Source of the DNA: Acidiferrobacterales bacterium
GTDB lineage: Bacteria > Pseudomonadota > Gammaproteobacteria > Acidiferrobacterales > SPGG2
DNA: 64,000 bases
Direction: 5' to 3'
Assembly: GCA_046760105.1 (NCBI GenBank)
Contig: JBHIDJ010000008.1
Coordinates: 1,712-65,711 of the forward strand
Shown: piece after piece, positions 1 to 8,600 of the stretch
How positions within the stretch are numbered: position 1 is the first letter of the stretch
Layout of the letters: each line of letters starts with the position of its first letter
Notes under the pieces: model-generated
The model's input: the letters and a program-made list of their open reading frames with translations, nothing else
The model's database searches: none
Told to the model about the DNA's origin: nothing
Translations under genes and position numbers: made by a program

Positions 1-1115
1 TTGCGCTCGATCAACATGGTGTGAAAATTCGGTGTACGTAGGGACTTGAACAGTTGCAACATGGAGTCTTCGTAGTGGCTTGAGTTTAGCGGCTTAATCT
101 CACCGTAACCAAAAAGATTGGCAACATCGCACAACTCCTTTGCTGCCTTCAACGCCGCGGCGTTGTCGTTGGGAAAATTATCGCCATCGGAGCAATGGAA
201 GGCATAGATATTCCATAAGCTTGGGTGGAAACGCGCCTGTGTGATCTCCAGCGCCTTGACGTATCCCGAGGATATATAGGTACCGCCCGACTCGCCTTTG
301 TGGAAGAACTCCTCTTCGCTCACCTCGCGTGCCCGTGTGTGATGGGCGATAAAAACCACCTGCACATTGTTATAGCGCGCACGTACAAATTGATAAAGCA
401 AAAAGAAAAAGCTGCGCGCCAGATACTTCTTTACGGTGTCCATGGAGCCGGAGGTATCCATGATGCACATGACCACCGCATTGGACTGCGGTTTGACGTC
501 ACGACGCAGCCGCCGAAATGTAATATCGTCGCGGTGAAACGGGAAACGCTCGCGCTCCGGCTCGTCCTCAGCGACTTGACTGTCGGCAACCCGGCGGCGC
601 ACACGCGCGATGGCTGTGCGCCGTTTATCCATGTGTACGCGCACGCCTACCTTACGGTATCCCTTGCGCTTGCTGGTGCGCTCGGCGAGCACCTCGCGGA
701 GCTTCTTGCGCTCCATGTCTGGGAGCTGGAGGTCTTCGAACATGATGTCAATTAACTCCTCCAGCGTTATGTCCGTTTCGTAGTAGTCCACGCCTGGCTG
801 GTCACCACCATGACCGCTACCTTGGCCGCGTCCTTCGGCCTTGCCCACCACCTGGCCCGGCTGTGAATCGCCGTTACCGGTACCGACGCCAGGCGTGTTG
901 TCGCCATAGATGAAGCGGTATTCTTTGATGCCGCGGATGGGAACCTTTATGATGCGGTCGCGGTTCCGACCGATTATGGACTCTTCGGCGATGATATCGG
1001 AGATGTTTTCGCGGATCGCTTGCCTCACCTTCTGGCGATGACGCAAACGGTCACCCGCGCTGCGATCGGAACGCAGGGCATCGGATGAGGAATAAGGACG
1101 AAAAATTGTAGTCAT
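1..1115 (-). CDS. yeaH: YeaH/DUF444 (UPF0229) protein, truncated at its 3' end by the window edge
   Basis: Absent from the ORF track because it runs off the window. Minus-strand ATG at 1115-1113 opens MTTIFRPYSSSDALRSDRSAGDRLRHRQKV. Further on it reads ..VVMCIMDTSGSMD.., matching the FCLMDVSGSM stretch of E. coli YeaH. It lies directly downstream of prkA, as in the conserved prkA-yeaH-ycgB operon. Confidence 0.85.
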   Translation of the reverse strand, partial: MTTIFRPYSSSDALRSDRSAGDRLRHRQKVRQAIRENISDIIAEESIIGRNRDRIIKVPIRGIKEYRFIYGDNTPGVGTGNGDSQPGQVVGKAEGRGQGSGHGGDQPGVDYYETDITLEELIDIMFEDLQLPDMERKKLREVLAERTSKRKGYRKVGVRVHMDKRRTAIARVRRRVADSQVAEDEPERERFPFHRDDITFRRLRRDVKPQSNAVVMCIMDTSGSMDTVKKYLARSFFFLLYQFVRARYNNVQVVFIAHHTRAREVSEEEFFHKGESGGTYISSGYVKALEITQARFHPSLWNIYAFHCSDGDNFPNDNAAALKAAKELCDVANLFGYGEIKPLNSSHYEDSMLQLFKSLRTPNFHTMLIER

Positions 1116-1217
1116 CGCGGTGCGTCTCGGCCGTCCAGCCAGCCCACCATGTACCTATCGTCCGGCGTGCGGCGCCGAAAACTTCAGGTTAACAATCGCA
1201 CCGTGCTCGCAGGCCTG

Positions 1218-3149
1218 CTAGTCCTTCCACAGATTGTTCGCGGCATACTTTAGGATCACCTCGGCGGAGTGTTCATTATATCCGCGTCCGATTAGGGCCT
1301 CTATAAGATCATTGTACTTCTTGGCCTGTTCTTCGTCTCGAGTACGGGCCTTTGTGATGACGCGGCTCATGTCACGCACCGAGCTCATGAGTTTCTTCTC
1401 GATGGCTTCTTTAAGCGGCTCATAGGACTTGTAGCTGACCTTAGTGCCCCGGCGCGAAGCTGCCCACAGATACGCCATCACCTCCTGCCGGAAACCGTCG
1501 GCAGCGGAGCCGATGATCGCGATCTGCTCCTCAACGGACTTCAAGAACCCTTCATCCGGCTGCAGCTCCTCGCCGGTATTACGGTCCTTAACGCGAGTCT
1601 TGTTCACATAGGCCTCGGCGTGATCCAAGTAATTCTGGAACAGGGCCTCGGCCTGCTCTTCGAACGCATAGACAAAGGCCTTGGTGATCTCTTTTTCTAG
1701 GATCTCCAGATAGACCTTGTGCAAGGTATCCTGCAAGAACTCGAGGTATTGCTTGCGCGTATCATCGGACAGGTCAGCCGCTTTGACCATGTTAATAAGG
1801 GCTTCACGCACATTGATCGGATTGATTCCTTCGGGGCTGTCTGCCAAGGCGTTGTCGAGCGCTTTCATGATAAAGCGCGTGGAAATGCCGGACATGCCTT
1901 CGCGCCGCGATTCGTCTTGAAGCTCGCGGACATTGATCTTGAGAGTCTTTCCTTTCTCTATAACTTCTTCCCCATCGTAGAGACGCAGCTTGGTCATAAG
2001 ATCGCATTTTGCGGTGGGCTCAAGCCTTGTGAGGATCGCAAACATACTAACGATCTCCAGGGTATGGGGTGCTATATGCTCACGGAAGTCCGAATACTGC
2101 AGCAATTTCCGGTAGATCTTTACCTCTTCCACGAGCCTCAGGTTGTAGGGCACCTTGACCACGACGATACGATCGAGAATCGCCTCGTTCGTATGGTCAC
2201 CCCTGAACTTTTGCCATTCAGCCTCGTTCGAATGCGCACAGATAACGGTGTCGACGTATACCGTGCCATGGCGGCCGGGGGCAGGAATAAATTTTTCCTG
2301 CGTGGCCGTAATCATGGTGTGTAGGTACTCGGCCTCGTTCTTGAAAACTTCGATGAACTCCACCATGCCGCGGTTACCGACGTTGAAGGCCCCATTAAGG
2401 TCGAGTACGCGAGGATCGCCTTCGGAATACATGTCCAATTTGGAAATGTCCTCCGATCCGATTAATACCGATGTGTCCTGGTTGTTGGGATCGACCGGCG
2501 GTACCACGCCAATCCCTCGACGGTCGTGCCTGGAAAACGGTACCATGACCACCGGCACGTCTTCATAGCGTCCCTTGAACTCTTCCTTGAGGCGGTAGCG
2601 GCACACGGGGCAAAGCTCGCCCTCTATGTGCACATCCAGCATTTTCTCGAATTCTTTACGAAGATGATTGGGGATCAGATGCAGCGGCTCTTCCGCCATG
2701 GGGCAACCTTGGATGGCATATACCGGGCTGCTGCGGTCAAGGCCACGCTGTAACTTCTCCATCAACGAGCTTTTTCCCGCGCCCACCGGGCCCATGAGAT
2801 AGAGCACCTGGCGGCTTTCCTCGCCGTGCAGCGCGGCGGAATGAAAATAACGGACAATTTGGGCTATGGCAGGCTCGATACCGAAGAATTCATGCTTAAA
2901 GAAGTCGTACACCTTGACCGGCTCGTCTCCAAAAAAACGCGCTACCTTGGGATCACCAGACTCGCTGGTATCCGAGACACCATCCCTTATGACTACATCA
3001 TACAGGCGTGCGTGCGCCAGTTTGGTGACTCTCGGATCCTCCTTGACCTGTTCAAGATAATCGATAAAGGTTCCGCGCCATTCCTCGCTTCCGCGTTCAG
3101 CGCGATCCTTCTCGATGAGCTCAGCAAACGTGCGTTTATCCTCTGCCAT
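1218..3149 (-). CDS. prkA: PrkA family serine protein kinase (YeaG-like)
   Basis: 643-aa ORF with P-loop GPVGAGKSS. The length and overall sequence look like PrkA/YeaG, and yeaH follows it. Confidence 0.95.
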   Translation of the reverse strand: MAEDKRTFAELIEKDRAERGSEEWRGTFIDYLEQVKEDPRVTKLAHARLYDVVIRDGVSDTSESGDPKVARFFGDEPVKVYDFFKHEFFGIEPAIAQIVRYFHSAALHGEESRQVLYLMGPVGAGKSSLMEKLQRGLDRSSPVYAIQGCPMAEEPLHLIPNHLRKEFEKMLDVHIEGELCPVCRYRLKEEFKGRYEDVPVVMVPFSRHDRRGIGVVPPVDPNNQDTSVLIGSEDISKLDMYSEGDPRVLDLNGAFNVGNRGMVEFIEVFKNEAEYLHTMITATQEKFIPAPGRHGTVYVDTVICAHSNEAEWQKFRGDHTNEAILDRIVVVKVPYNLRLVEEVKIYRKLLQYSDFREHIAPHTLEIVSMFAILTRLEPTAKCDLMTKLRLYDGEEVIEKGKTLKINVRELQDESRREGMSGISTRFIMKALDNALADSPEGINPINVREALINMVKAADLSDDTRKQYLEFLQDTLHKVYLEILEKEITKAFVYAFEEQAEALFQNYLDHAEAYVNKTRVKDRNTGEELQPDEGFLKSVEEQIAIIGSAADGFRQEVMAYLWAASRRGTKVSYKSYEPLKEAIEKKLMSSVRDMSRVITKARTRDEEQAKKYNDLIEALIGRGYNEHSAEVILKYAANNLWKD

Positions 3150-3258
3150 AGCTACTACCCCCGGATGCTGCTGGCCCGTTTACGGGCGTGTCCTTTCAGG
3201 AAACCTAAGATGGAAGACTTTCATATCCCCAGATAGTTCCTTCGATCTAATTCCTCCT

Positions 3259-3274
3259 TGCATATACTGTGCCA
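3259..3274 (-). promoter_or_regulatory. Putative sigma54 (-24/-12) promoter for prkA
   Basis: The minus strand reads TGGCACAGTATATGCA. GG and GC are separated by exactly 10 nt, as in the consensus TGGCAC-N5-TTGCA. It lies about 110 nt upstream of the prkA ATG. E. coli yeaG is reported to be NtrC/sigma54 controlled. Confidence 0.45.
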
Positions 3275-3952
3275 GTAGGGATTATTGTGCAGTTGCCGCA
3301 ATATGGCCATAAGCCACTGATAAATAGTGCCGTTATTTTTAGCAAGTGTTCCCTTACGTATGTCCTTTGCCACCGTCGGCACGTACCTACCGCCGCATCG
3401 CGCGTCCGTAAGCCGTAAACCCGGCAGACCATCGGTCATTCTAGACGGCCGCGGCGACAACAGCGTCGTACGTCGATCGCAACGCGAGCATTAACTGCTA
3501 AGCCGTTTCTTTCATACCAGTCGCATGCGCGTTTGGCATAACCATTGTCTCGAGAAACCGATGAGTGTGCCAGCTTACCGACAGCTTTCAACGCCACGCT
3601 CATATCACATGCTCAGCCAATCGATGCACCGACGAGATCCACCTCAGTATCGGCAATCGCACACATTGTCACCAGTAATTCTAGTCATTGCAGCTGGGAA
3701 CGCGAATCTAGCGTGGCAACGGGCGTTACCGCTGTAAACAACAACGAAATAGACCGCTCAGACAGTTTAACAGATGATAGAAGTTGGATTCTTGACGGTC
3801 GAAACGCCTGTGGTGGTTGGCCAACGCCAGTCACTGCGCTGAACTCAGACATCAGTCAGAAGGTAAGGTAGTCCATGAGTGAATATGCGGTCATCAACCA
3901 AAAATGCGAGCAGACTGCTTCCGAGGACCACCAAGCTCTGAATCGAATCCGC

Positions 3953-4363
3953 TTAACGGTCTTCCCAGCCTTCTATATCGTCGTCCTCGTCCTCTACTTC
4001 TCCGACGGAATCGACGTCGGAATTACCGCTCAGGCTGGCAGTATCGTCGGGCAGACCTTCGCGGGTTCTGATGACCTTGTCATGTGGGACAATCGGCTCA
4101 ATATCCCACTCATACCACGAATCGATATCAAGCTGTTCGACCTCGTCGTCGAGGTATTGAATCTCGACGATACCCTCATTCTCGTCCACCGACACGACCT
4201 TGAACTCGTAGCCTTTATCGAGGTGACGATACCACTGCCCAACAAGCGGTTCAGCGTCCCACGCCATAGCGTTTAACCTCTGATCCTGTTCTAGCCAGCC
4301 ACTCTCCCATGTGCCTGCTGTTAGCGGGATAAATCCCCAATCGTCATTATAAGTATGCGCCAT
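3953..4363 (-). CDS. Small acidic conserved hypothetical protein
   Basis: Internal ATG at 4363 of the 211-aa track ORF gives 136 aa: MAHTYNDDWGF..VGQWYRHLDKGYEFKVVSVDENEGIVEIQYLDDEVEQLDIDSWYEWDIEP.. with an acidic tail. The upstream 75 codons are Arg/Pro/Ala-rich and look non-coding. It resembles a small family seen in pseudomonads, from memory only. Confidence 0.55.
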   Translation of the reverse strand: MAHTYNDDWGFIPLTAGTWESGWLEQDQRLNAMAWDAEPLVGQWYRHLDKGYEFKVVSVDENEGIVEIQYLDDEVEQLDIDSWYEWDIEPIVPHDKVIRTREGLPDDTASLSGNSDVDSVGEVEDEDDDIEGWEDR

Positions 4364-4722
4364 GAAGTGCGTAACGGGTAGTGGGGCCGCTCGGCGCCCG
4401 GGTGCACGGGCGAGGAAGATCGGGTCCTTTGCGCAAACCGCAGGCCGCCTTTTCCGGTGGCAGCCATGTGGCGGTGCTTCCTGCCGTTGCCGCGGACGGC
4501 TGGTTAGCGGCGTCGAGGTATCTTCGCCCAACGAGTCGCCAGCGTCAGCAGCCAAGCTGATCGCTGGCTGTTTGGCACGACGCTGCAATAACGCACCCGC
4601 TTCACCGCTGGGCTTGATCGCGAACCCCCGGCGCCAGTGCTATAAGTAATAGTTGAACCCGCAGGTTGCGTCGTCGCGCCTCCACGATTGTAACTACACT
4701 GAAACCTCGAGCTGTGAGCAGT

Positions 4723-5022
4723 ATGCACATTAAAAAGCGCTCATCAAAAAGCTACGCGCATTCGGTATGCCTGTCGGCGATATTTGGATTCCTAGGCGTG
4801 CAACATTTCTATCTAGGTAGATACCTGGAAGGCCTGCTAGACGTTTGGTTAACAGCTGCTTGGATCTACTGCTTTTTCTTCGCAGACAAGCCGATGTTAG
4901 GAGCCATTGCGTTAGGCGCGGACTTAATCCATTCGTTCGTTGTCACGATTATGCTGTTAACAGGCAATTTCAAAGATGGCGAAGGCAGAATCGTCTGCTA
5001 TCCTGGACAAGAGCTGGGTTGA
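4723..5022 (+). CDS. TM2 domain-containing membrane protein
   Basis: ATG at 4723 within the track ORF 4666..5022. LSAIFGFLGVQHFYLGR plus a second hydrophobic helix gives the TM2 pattern. GC is low relative to the rest of the window. Confidence 0.7.
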   Translation: MHIKKRSSKSYAHSVCLSAIFGFLGVQHFYLGRYLEGLLDVWLTAAWIYCFFFADKPMLGAIALGADLIHSFVVTIMLLTGNFKDGEGRIVCYPGQELG

Positions 5023-5043
5023 ATTTCAGCAAGTGAGGTAACT

Positions 5044-5259
5044 ATGGAAAAGAGTCCGAAGGGTTTTGTACCCGCTATTTTACTGTGCTTTTTTCTGGGC
5101 GCTTTAGGTATACACAGGTTTTACGTCGGGAAGATAGGCACTGGTGTTCTTCAGCTGATAACTCTTGGGGGAATTGGCATTTGGGCTTTGGTTGATTTCA
5201 TCATGATTGTCACTGGGAACTTCAAAGATAAACAGGGCCTGGCTATTAAAGCCAGTTAG
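5044..5259 (+). CDS. TM2 domain-containing membrane protein
   Basis: 71 aa with the classic TM2 signature LLCFFLGALGIHRFYVGK..GIWALVDFIMI. GAGG lies upstream of the ATG. GC is about 43 %. Confidence 0.85.
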   Translation: MEKSPKGFVPAILLCFFLGALGIHRFYVGKIGTGVLQLITLGGIGIWALVDFIMIVTGNFKDKQGLAIKAS

Positions 5260-5406
5260 TCGCCCGCCGGGCCGACCAAACTTAACGAAGCAAGAACTGC
5301 ACACGATCCGCGACGCTGACATCGAGGCGATCATGCCTCGACAAAGCGTTGCGGGTCATATTTATCCCTGCGAGCTTACGCCGCCCCCACATCGGCGACT
5401 CGTGCT

Positions 5407-6174
5407 TTAAGGCACCTCATGCAAGCCTTTTCGCTTTTGACCGATTGTCCATAGCGCCTTAAGGACGGGCATCGTCTCCAGGTGAGCGTGCGTAATCCGC
5501 TCCCAATCGATCCCATCAGGAGGCGGTGGTGGCATTGCAACCTCGATGAGCTCGCTGGGCGTCACAATGTACGAGACCGGCAGATCGTGCGCCTCACGCG
5601 GAAACGAGCGCACCAGCTGGAGGGAATGCACGGTCGTCATCACCGGTACAGGCGGGTGTCCGAGCTCCCGCAGGATGGCATATTCGAGATCCCCGTAGCC
5701 ATGGCCCTTGCCGCAGCGAAAGCCTCGCCGTGTCACGGCAACTGATCCCGTTACAATCAGATCCACGGGCGGTAGCGCCTCAAGCGGGATGTCTGTCGCC
5801 CAGCGCTGGCCGCGGGAGAGACTCGCCGCTTCGGCGATCTTATCTTCAGGTATAGTCGCGGGATCCAGTCTCTTAAAACCGCCACGCAACTGCGGCGTCG
5901 GCAAATAGACGACAATCCCGCGTCGCAGGGCAGCCCCGCGCACGTAGCGTTGTGGTGCGTCTGGATTGACCTTGATGTTTTTCGCGTTCGCGAACAAAGG
6001 ATGCGCCAGTAGTCGCTCCGACGCCTCGCGTGCACCGGCGAAGTTCGGAATGCGGCCATGCGGCGGAAAAGGAAAACGCGCCACCTTTCGCTCGGCTAAT
6101 TGGTCCCATACGGCGTTGCGCGTCTCATGCTTACTGGAAAACTCATTGGTCAGCGCGTTGTCCATGACGTTCAC
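5407..6174 (-). CDS. 5-formyltetrahydrofolate cyclo-ligase family protein
   Basis: 255 aa. It shows ..IKVNPDAPQ..VVYLPTPQL.. and DLIVTGSVAVTRRGFRCGKGHGYGDLEYAIL, typical of the 5-FCL-like fold. Confidence 0.7.
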   Translation of the reverse strand: MNVMDNALTNEFSSKHETRNAVWDQLAERKVARFPFPPHGRIPNFAGAREASERLLAHPLFANAKNIKVNPDAPQRYVRGAALRRGIVVYLPTPQLRGGFKRLDPATIPEDKIAEAASLSRGQRWATDIPLEALPPVDLIVTGSVAVTRRGFRCGKGHGYGDLEYAILRELGHPPVPVMTTVHSLQLVRSFPREAHDLPVSYIVTPSELIEVAMPPPPPDGIDWERITHAHLETMPVLKALWTIGQKRKGLHEVP

Positions 6175-6183
6175 AACTCCACA

Positions 6184-6945
6184 TCACAACTGCGCATGAA
6201 GCGCTACATACGCTAAGAGCGCCATGGCAGCGGTCTCGATACGCAGAATGGCTGCGCCGAGACTGACTGTTTGCCCGCCGTTGGCAACGATCTGCGATAT
6301 CTCGGAATCGGTAAACCCGCCCTCTGGACCAACTATTAACAGCAATGGATCCGGAATCTTTCCGATATCACGTCCAGCCAGGGGCACTCCATCGGGATGC
6401 GCGACCCAAACGGCGCAACCGGCCTCGGTCGTCTGGGTGGCAACTGCAAGCAACGGTGCGGGATCATGGAGTGCAGGCAGGTATGGACGTCGACTCTGTT
6501 TGCACGCCTCAACGCAGATTCGTCTCCAGCGTAGGATGGCTTTTCTTCCAGGTTTGACGACACTGCGTTCGCACAAAAGCGGCCTGAACGCCCTCATACC
6601 TAACTGCGTCGCCATATCGAGAAGTACTGCCTGGCGTTCGCCTTTCGGCAGGGCACATGCAAGCTCTACCTGTGGACGCGGCACCGGCATCACGTCACGT
6701 GCTCGCAGCGTCACCTCCACTGCCCGCCGCTCGCGGGCGATGGTGCTTATGGTGGCACGCCCAACCATACCCTGGCCGTCAAATAGCCAGATGCTGTCAC
6801 CGACGGCCAACCGCCGCGAGCCACGCATGTGACGCGATTCATCCTGATCTAATGTTGCCGTCTGTGCCGCACTGGCAAGATCGGGGCAATAGAACAGCGG
6901 CTCGGAAAGGCTGTGTACATCTAGCGTCATCAGAGCGTGCGGCAA
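6184..6945 (-). CDS. rsmE: 16S rRNA (uracil1498-N3)-methyltransferase RsmE
   Basis: 253 aa. The C-terminal LLLIVGPEGGFTDSEI..VSLGAAILRIETAAMALLA is the RsmE SPOUT signature. The start may instead be the M at 6930. Confidence 0.85.
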   Translation of the reverse strand: MPHALMTLDVHSLSEPLFYCPDLASAAQTATLDQDESRHMRGSRRLAVGDSIWLFDGQGMVGRATISTIARERRAVEVTLRARDVMPVPRPQVELACALPKGERQAVLLDMATQLGMRAFRPLLCERSVVKPGRKAILRWRRICVEACKQSRRPYLPALHDPAPLLAVATQTTEAGCAVWVAHPDGVPLAGRDIGKIPDPLLLIVGPEGGFTDSEISQIVANGGQTVSLGAAILRIETAAMALLAYVALHAQL

Positions 6946-6948
6946 CCT

Positions 6949-7710
6949 TCAGCCTCGCGTGAGATAGACGTCATAACGCACGAGTTTGCCCTCGTAGCTC
7001 GTCGACGGGTTCGCTGGCAACGGCGGTGCATAATGCGGGCGTTTGACCACAACCCGCTGTTTCGCGTATCGCAGACACACCGACAACAACTCCATGGTAT
7101 CGTCGTTGTCCCCAACCAAATCGCGCAGTATACGAAGCGGCTTCTTCGCTAGCGCCGAGTGTTTGCGCTTGGGTGGAAACATCGGATCCATGTATATCGC
7201 GTCCGGCCGGGGGCGAGTCACCGGCAATACCTTCCGCACGTCACCTGTCATGATCCTTAAGCGGCCACCCAATATCTTGTGCAGTGCGTGATCGTCGTTC
7301 GCGCGTGACAGCCCGTCGCGCAATAACGCAGCCACAAGCGGGCACTGCTCTACGGCGACCACGGTATAACCCATGCCTGCCAACCGGAACGCATCCTGGC
7401 CCATACCCGCCGTCGCATCGACTACCGTCCTTGTGCGCACACCAACGGCGCGCGCGAGCGGTTGACGGCGTGAAAGGTTGCGCGCCTTGCAGCGCGCGAC
7501 GAGTTGGCCGGCATCGACGTAAAAGGGGCGTACGCGCCCATTACGATTATCCCGTAACTCCAGACGTCGCGGCGTCTTGACGAGGAGATATTGGAAAGGA
7601 CTCGCATCAGTAATGTCAACGAGCGGCAGGCTCAGCTCACAAGCGAGCGTTGCCGCGGCCACCTGCGATTGCGCGTCCGTTCCGGCCAAAACCGCTACCT
7701 TCACGCCCAT
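6949..7710 (-). CDS. rsmJ: 16S rRNA (guanine1516-N2)-methyltransferase RsmJ
   Basis: 253 aa with VVDATAGMGQDAFRLAGMGYTV and IYMDPMFPPKRKHSALAKK, which are RsmJ/YhiQ motifs. Confidence 0.85.
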   Translation of the reverse strand: MGVKVAVLAGTDAQSQVAAATLACELSLPLVDITDASPFQYLLVKTPRRLELRDNRNGRVRPFYVDAGQLVARCKARNLSRRQPLARAVGVRTRTVVDATAGMGQDAFRLAGMGYTVVAVEQCPLVAALLRDGLSRANDDHALHKILGGRLRIMTGDVRKVLPVTRPRPDAIYMDPMFPPKRKHSALAKKPLRILRDLVGDNDDTMELLSVCLRYAKQRVVVKRPHYAPPLPANPSTSYEGKLVRYDVYLTRG

Positions 7711-8057
7711 ACGGCGACTCTACTGGGCGTGTACTGACAGCGTCCGTGGTTTACTGTCCTTTTCAGCACAAGAAGATCATACATTATCATGTCATCATGC
7801 GTGCAGGCGTGCCAATATCAAACTTTGGAGTTCGCGAACCAGATGTTGAAACTGGGGATAGCAGAACAACGGCTTGCAGATGGCTCGTCCACCTGCTGTC
7901 CTTTCTTAGTGTAGAGTGCACTGAAAATGCCCGGTGGAAACTGGAAACTGTACCAGGTCGGTCACCCTGCCGATGTGCGCGAAGTGTTCATGTAAGGCCG
8001 TAAGTGAATATCGGGTGCGTGTATTGGGATTCACCAAAAAGTCCCACTCCTCACAAC

Positions 8058-8396
8058 TCACGTTTCGCCACTGGGGTTCACACACTTATAGACCGCAAAT
8101 GTTTGTTTGCCCTGTTCAATGTCGGTGGTCATCTGCACAATTGTGTCTCCGCCCATTTCCGCGGCGCTGTTACGACCGAGGATCGACAGTTCCTTCCTTA
8201 CTTTTTTCTCCTTTCGTTTCCAGATGCCAATCTTTGCTTTGAGCGATACATTCGTCTTTCCTAACCGCTTGCAGCTTGCAACCTCTTTGGGTTCCAGCAC
8301 CCGAACCTTTTCCCCTTCCGGGGTCAAGTTGACCCATTTGAGCCCCATGAGCGCAGGCGCGACTATCAATACCAATACAACAACGCTCTTTTTCAT
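8058..8396 (-). CDS. Small secreted protein, DUF4156-like
   Basis: Internal ATG at 8396 preceded by GGAGGA gives 112 aa: MKKSVVVLVLIVAPALMG (signal peptide) ...AEMGGDTIV...YKC. The upstream part of the 186-aa track ORF looks non-coding. Confidence 0.55.
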   Translation of the reverse strand: MKKSVVVLVLIVAPALMGLKWVNLTPEGEKVRVLEPKEVASCKRLGKTNVSLKAKIGIWKRKEKKVRKELSILGRNSAAEMGGDTIVQMTTDIEQGKQTFAVYKCVNPSGET

Positions 8397-8600
8397 GCCA
8401 TCCTCCTGGTAGTAGTGTCTCGAAAAGGCGATTGAGGGGAGAATGGTCATTATACAGGGCTCGTCGCAATACCGAAAAAGCTCGGCCAGTACTGTATTCG
8501 GCCTCTCGTTTTCACATAACGGAATCGGCGGGGTGGAAGTTGCCTTGCATCGATCTGATATCCTATTTTTAAGCTGAGATAAACAACTTCGCCCGAGCCG

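Noticed and set aside
225-755. 176-aa + strand ORF at the left edge
   Set aside because: It lies entirely antisense to the YeaH/DUF444 coding frame, which has clear family motifs. High-GC DNA commonly produces such shadow ORFs.
1719-2324. 201-aa + strand ORF, together with other 60-140-aa ORFs, inside prkA
   Set aside because: They are antisense or overlapping shadows of the well-supported 643-aa PrkA ORF. They show no motifs and no ribosome-binding sites.
3221-3871. ORFs of 61-108 aa (both strands) upstream of prkA
   Set aside because: They have no SD and no recognisable motifs, and they overlap each other in an AT-rich tract. I treated the region as non-coding.
3938-3960. TCGAATCC, a tRNA T-loop-like sequence
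   Set aside because: There is no complementary T-stem, acceptor stem or anticodon arm around it.
4573-4587. sigma54-like TGGCACGACGCTGCA upstream of the first TM2 gene
   Set aside because: GG and GC are separated by 9 nt instead of the required 10, and sigma54 promoters do not tolerate that spacing change.
5322-5341. Hairpin TCGAGGC-gatcat-GCCTCGA between the TM2 gene and the 5-FCL-family gene
   Set aside because: It has a 7-bp stem but no flanking U/T run on either strand, so I did not call it a terminator.
7927-7995. 22-codon ORF (MPGGNWKLYQVGHPADVREVFM) in the rsmJ / DUF4156 intergenic region
   Set aside because: It has no SD, no conservation evidence is available, and the length is trivially expected by chance.
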